Shown: positions 57,987 to 64,000 of the stretch, in pieces
How the letters are laid out: every line of letters begins with the position of its first letter
Position numbering within the stretch: position 1 is the first letter of the stretch
Assembly (NCBI RefSeq): GCF_003918875.1
Contig: NW_025767048.1
Span: 620,001 to 684,000 of the forward strand
From: Haliotis rubra
Lineage: Eukaryota
Direction: 5' to 3'
DNA: 64,000 nt
The notes under the pieces: model-generated
The model's database searches: none
Told to the model about the DNA's origin: nothing
The model's input: the letters and a program-made list of their open reading frames with translations, nothing else
Made by a program: the position numbers and the translations under genes

Positions 57987-58398
57987 NNNNNNNNNNNNNN
58001 NNNNNNNNNNNNNNNNNNNNNNNNNNNNNNNNNNNNNNNNNNNNNNNNNNNNNNNNNNNNNNNNNNNNNNNNNNNNNNNNNNNNNNNNNNNNNNNNNNNN
58101 NNNNNNNNNNNNNNNNNNNNNNNNNNNNNNNNNNNNNNNNNNNNNNNNNNNNNNNNNNNNNNNNNNNNNNNNNNNNNNNNNNNNNNNNNNNNNNNNNNNN
58201 NNNNNNNNNNNNNNNNNNNNNNNNNNNNNNNNNNNNNNNNNNNNNNNNNNNNNNNNNNNNNNNNNNNNNNNNNNNNNNNNNNNNNNNNNNNNNNNNNNNN
58301 NNNNNNNNNNNNNNNNNNNNNNNNNNNNNNNNNNNNNNNNNNNNNNNNNNNNNNNNNNNNNNNNNNNNNNNNNNNNNNNNNNNNNNNNNNNNNNNNNN
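57987..58398. other. Assembly gap (412 N)
   Basis: Run of n, followed by the 3' part of a family C copy (58399-58478). Confidence 0.99.
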
Positions 58399-58859
58399 TC
58401 ACTGGATTGTCTGGTCCAGACTCGATTATTTACAGACCGCCGCCATATAGCTGGAATATACTACTTACTCACTCACTAACTCCTGACACAGAGTAGTGGC
58501 TGAGTGGACATGAGATATTGATGGATGACAGTTTCAGCAGCAAAGTGGTGGTTTACAACAAGGCCCAAAGATCATTCCATAACGACGCATATCATATGTC
58601 ATGTTTTCAAGCATAACACAAGTTTTGTGCACGGATGAGATTCGAACACGAACGACGACATTGTTGTGTTTTTTGTCATGTCTAAATACACAGAACATCT
58701 TAATAACATTTTTGTGACCGTTTTGTTAAAAAAGACAAAAATCGAATGTGCGTGTGTAAAAGTGTGTCAATATCGTACTCCTCCTCTAGACATCGAACAA
58801 ACCGTGCTCGTTCTGTCCTGACTGATTGTACTTTCTCACTTTGTTTCTACTAGGATGGG

Positions 58860-59095
58860 GAGCCCGGGAAGATCTGGGTAGGAATTGGTCTTCAGCAATC
58901 CATGCTTGTGGTAAGAGTCGACTAGCAGTATCGGGTGGTCAGACTTGCTGACTTGATTGGTACTTGTCATCGTATCCCAATTGCGTAGAGGGATGTTCAT
59001 GATGTAAATCACAGGATTGTGTAATTCAAACTCGATTATTTACAGACCGCGTGTCCGGAATTTTGCTGTGTGCGCCGTTAAACAACAACCAACCA
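58860..59095 (+). mobile_element. Family C, diverged full-length copy
   Basis: Head-to-tail match; actaggatg on both sides is a probable TSD. Confidence 0.8.
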
Positions 59096-62000
59096 AAGCA
59101 AACTAGGATGTGTACAGGTGGCTCAATCGTTAACACTATGCAGAATTGCCTCCCTTAGTCACGTATTGAAAAGCTGATCAAGATTTCGAATCGCCGTAAT
59201 CATTAAGTTGGAAACATGTCTACGATCTGGGTCACTGTGAGTTCTCCGCTCACAATAAACTGACACATTGCAATGAAACAATCACTCAAACTCTGATCAA
59301 AGCGGTTTACAAGTATAAAACTGCTTTTGGCTTCCATCAGCTACAAAAATTCATACACTGCAACTTGCACCACTGAAACTATCCCTGCAAGTCATTACCA
59401 CACCATTTGATGATTAGAATCAATCATAACAACCACTCGTTTTTCGATCTGTTTTTGTGGGGAAACCTGTTAAATAAAACTGGATCGGAGATCAACCTTC
59501 AGTGTCATGTCTTTGCCCACGGAGCCAAAATGACATTCCCTACCACGCAATCTTTCTTCCAAATGCAATATTAACGGCACTTTCAGCCCGAACAATACGC
59601 CAAACATAATATGATAGAAGATGGTTTACCAAGGGCTTCAATTATTCATTCTGTGCTAGTTACAAATAGTACAATGTGTTGTTTGCATAGGAATGCAAGG
59701 GAAATTATTTCGTCTTGCGCTAACATTATCCCTTCTTCCCGGAAACTGAGAATCTCCAATGGCATTGTCCCTGTGGCACCATTGTTTTGGCTTCCTTTTA
59801 TCTCTCCGTGAACAATGTATACAGACGTTGTGGGATTAATGACGATTTGGGCCTTCACTGTACACTATGCAAAGGCTAATTAGTTGATTTTCTCCAGGTG
59901 ATAGTGTTTCTTGTTTGCGTCAAGTTGTCGTTATTTTTCTGATGTTAGTTTTGAGGAGTATTATTGTTGACATTTAATATATCTATCCTTAAGGGCATAA
60001 CACTATCTTGATCAAAATAAATGACTACAATCAGAATATTTTTTTCGTATCAATGAGGTCTTTGTTGCGGCTTATGCCAGTGTCTTTCTGTAATATTTGA
60101 ACCAGGTGACCAAGCAAACACTATGATCATTATACACGATAACAGTAGACGTTAGTTCCTCTTTAAACGTGTATCATGTCATACATCACATTTGACTCAT
60201 AATGCACTCATTGAACTATATTTAAGAAAAGAGGAAATTCTCATTTTCATCCGAGTCAGAAATCTTCCTAGCGAAATAATTCACAAAGATGTTTATAAAT
60301 TGTCTGTGTGGCAAAACCAGACTGCGGAACTCAATTTATGATTGGCAGAGGCCATATTTACTGACTCACCCACGACGGAATTAAGTCTAGAAAATATTCG
60401 AGCAACTCATGCGCCTAGAGTTAATGCCCCAAGAGTTATGCCGACATACCATCTATTTCTATACATTAGAATAACTTTTATTTGAAGTTTCAGGCTGAGC
60501 GAGTGAGAGCTTTTGCGTCGCTTTTTGCAGTGTTTCAGCAAAATCGCGGCGAAAACAAGAGAAATGGGCTTCCTACGTGTTCCTACGTGAATACGTGGTA
60601 CATCCTATAATGTTGGTTTAGTAACACCACCTCTAAAGGAGTTTAAGGTTATAGTGATAAAGTCATGTTGGAATATGGTTTAAGCGTTCAGTCATCAAGC
60701 AGAAGACCCGAATTTGATCCGATGTCTTGTGTACCCTACCCGGGAATGTTGCTGAAACAGCGTAAAACCCGATTCACAACTGTGATTAAAGATACACACT
60801 GTTCAATCAATGCCTTTGCAAGTGGCAGGAGGCATATGCCTCTTTGGAATATAACAGACTGTCTAGACCACCAGAAATGTCTCTGGCCCCTAGGGGTGTT
60901 TTTGGGCTCGGGTGACCAGCGACCAGTTCCGCAGGAGTCTGGCGACGTTTAAATGTGCAATTGTGATATTGCTGTATAACAGTTGACCTTGTTTTGCTTG
61001 GTGTCATCTCTTCCGAACAATGGGGTTTCCAGAGCCACTTCAGTCATCCCTGCTTTCTGCTTTGGGTATGTTTCGATACAGACGTTTATAGGGCCGCTGG
61101 CAGAATTTAATCTAAACAGGACCCTATATACATTTCTCCGTGTGCGGTACAAATATCCATCGGTGCATTTCCAAGCTTAGAAAGCGATAAATGTTTCCCC
61201 GTTATGAGAGGAAATAGGCAGATTTAGCCTGGAGGTAAGCTTCAAGCTAGATCTCAAACAAAAAGATTCTCCAGTTCCTTGCAAATGTTCGACACAAGTG
61301 TATTGAGAGATTTCCAACACTATTTAGAAAAACGCATAAAAGGAAGGGCCAGAGAGAGCACCCTTGTTGAACACCGATAACCCGACAGTGCTGTATGCCA
61401 TCGCACAAATATTTGGCTTCCCTTTCACAAAACAAACTATTTTATGCGATGTTTTCAAACGATGCATAAAAGAAGGATAAAGAGAAATTAAGGAGAGTAT
61501 GGTAAGTGGGCTTGCCCTTAACCAGCTGACAATAGCATCTCGACCAGGTGTGATTCGGCGAACATCGACCATACACGAGTTGCTAAACGCTTCCAAATTA
61601 CGCTCCTATACATTTCACCAGTTCTGTGGTCGTATCATTGTGAGCTTGTTTTCTTTTCATTTTATCGCGTAAATAACGAGGAACCGACTCCACTAATATA
61701 AATATAGCATTACACTGACATCTGAAAGGATCGCGGAGATTTGTTCAATAGAAATATCTACATCAATTTCACAGTTTCAATAAACGTATGAAGAAACTTA
61801 GATTGAACCGTGCAAGGTCATACTCCGTGTCAGACAGCCTTTGCATCAATAGGTGATACACTTAAATCTCGCTGTGTAATTTTGACAGTTTATATATGAC
61901 GTGTTGGTTTAGTCTTCATATGAAGTGCACCACACGTTTAAAGTGTCCTTCAGATATTAGTTAAGATATCGTGCTTAAACTTTCTAATGTTATTGTTAAC

Positions 62001-64000
62001 AGAGGCACACACTGAAATGGCCGTAAACTTTGTACACTTCTCGACCCCAGGTGGATATTTAGATAAACTGTGAATTTAAAAAATCCAATAGTTTACTTTG
62101 TAATCTTGAAAGAGTTTAACCTTTGCATGTGATTCAATATTTTAATTTTGAATTTAGTAATAAACTTAGGGCGTGTTTTCCGTGTACAATAATACTCCAT
62201 GTACATACAAAGCGTATTTGCTTATCTTATTTCATATTGAGCAATTTTAGATGAAAATCTTCAGTCTAAGTTCAAGTACTATTGCAAACCATTACAACTT
62301 TTAGATCACCTCTGTTTGGATAAAAATGTATGGGACTTTTAAATTGGCACTCACCCGAACAAAATATAACTTATATTTTGTATCACTTCGTGGTTGAAAT
62401 AACCGACACGCGTTTACGTATGCCACGTAAATATAGTGATGTAAATATAGTGATGTTTTTGTCTACATTGGACAAGATAGATACACTCGCAGTCAACCCT
62501 TGTCGAACCTAAGAAACCTGAGAGCAACCTTTAGAATCTATAATTAATATTTCAACCTCGTTTTTGCACGATTTGATATCAAATGGTTTTAGAAGGAGAG
62601 AATTCTTGTGAAAAATAAAAAAAATAAAGGTCATTACATTAACTTGTCACATGTGACTACATGTATATCCCTCAGCTGCTTCTTGTAAGTATACACTTTA
62701 TAGAGGAAAGAATATCATTATGTATTACCTGATCTGAAACAGGTTACTTTATGGGATGTATAACTTTGCCTAATCTAGTTGGAGACAAGGCTGGGGTGGT
62801 ACAGGTGAGATATGATGGTTGTAGCATAGTCGCAGTTCAATGGTTGCTTCAGTGGCGTTACAAGACATATAACCCCCTGAATACCCTAACGATTCAATAA
62901 AGCGCGGACTATTTCAAACTAAACGCTATGTTTGTTGCATATTTTCCCTGGCGGAATGATACATATTTACTCAGTAGATTGGGTGTACATAAACTACATT
63001 TTGAAAATATTTGAGAGGGAGGGAGGTGGGAAACTAAAACTGAAACATACAGCTTTATGCACAAATATTTTTGGCAAGTATTGACATATAATATTGCACT
63101 CGCGCAAAGGGTGTTGTTATATGAATATACCTATACACTTGCATAATTGGTAAAATTGTTAAGCTCCACTTTGTACACATGTCACCAGACAAAGTTAAAG
63201 GAGCCAATTTCTTTCACATTGCTAAAGTATATAAGATTTAGCTGTCATACATCATCGATTAAGTCCAGTACAACAACCAAATTTGGTGTTCTTTAATGTT
63301 TTTTGAGTTGTAATAATTATTATAAAATACCTAATATCGGTAATTCTATTATGACAACAAACTTTTATGTTTTATTGCAGAATGACATACCTATTTAAAA
63401 AAACAGGAAAACGAAATATATTATTTGATGACATGTTTTCTCTCAGTTTCCATCGCAACAGTTATTTATGTGTTCAGTTGATTCTGGTTCATGGTTTATG
63501 ACCCAGTACTTGCGACCATCTCGAGGAAACACACATTGATCTTGTACCAAGTTTTTAACATGTATTTGTGTACGTAAACTTTATAAAAATGAGATCAATA
63601 TCACATGTAGACATTCCCAAGTTCGGAAATATGAAAACGATACTCAGTTTTTTACAGATATATATATGTGAGTGTACTTAGAACATAGGGTCAAATCGTT
63701 ACCGTTACATTGATTCTGTAAAAATTAATCACGGCTGTGTCTACGTTATTTGTTGATCATAAATTCATTTTACACAACTGACATCGAATGAACATTTCAA
63801 ATTTCAATGTGTTTAAATCATATTTGACAATACAACATTTAATCAATGACAGATTATTATTGTTCCGTTTGGAGATGATCAATAATGGACCACATGTAGT
63901 TTATTGATTGGGTGAATGGTTCATAAAATGTAGATTATATTTTACAGTAAATGCATTTTTTCCTATTGTTTTGGACCGTCTCCTTAGCCTAGTTGAGAGG

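Noticed and set aside
57908-58479. ORFs spanning N runs (also 41987-42244)
   Set aside because: Artefacts of assembly gaps.
58711-58725. Resemblance to the 5' end of a known miRNA (ttgtgaccgtt); likewise tattgcact near 63092
   Set aside because: Match limited to the seed-proximal bases; no precursor hairpin evident.
59400-61700. Possible exons or short ORFs (59646-59858, 60983-61180, 61324-61596; donor-like sites near 61234 and 61502)
   Set aside because: No recognisable protein motif and no consistent exon chain.

Overview
Eukaryotic, repeat-rich, AT-rich scaffold with two N gaps. It is most likely a vetigastropod mollusc (abalone/Haliotis-like), inferred from the ZP gene type and SINE families. 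Four genes for extracellular proteins lie in the first 35 kb: (1) an intronless secreted PAN/Apple-EGF-CCP(sushi)-GON protein (1056-2240,+); (2) a short convergent PAN-EGF paralogue (10193-10672,-); (3) a two-exon membrane-anchored mucin with 27-aa repeats (17163-19116,+); (4) a vitelline-envelope-type ZP-domain gene with nine coding exons (22194-34290,+; 350 aa). The ORF track misses gene 4; I rebuilt it by hand with consistent intron phases. It has a probable GC-AG intron, extra cysteines and a furin site. Mobile DNA includes a full-length but decayed APE-RT LINE whose ORF1 carries a 2A/StopGo motif (DVELNPGP), inserted with a 13-bp TSD into an older R4/Dong-like remnant. There are two more LINE fragments and dozens of copies of four short retroposon families (called A-D here), one of which lacks a tRNA head and starts with a predicted pseudoknot. 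Also present: minisatellites, a ~350-bp inverted duplication anchored on SINE tails, a 587-bp tandem duplication, and a SINE-poor non-coding region from ~48.4 kb with no supportable gene. All calls come from manual reading; no database search was run.
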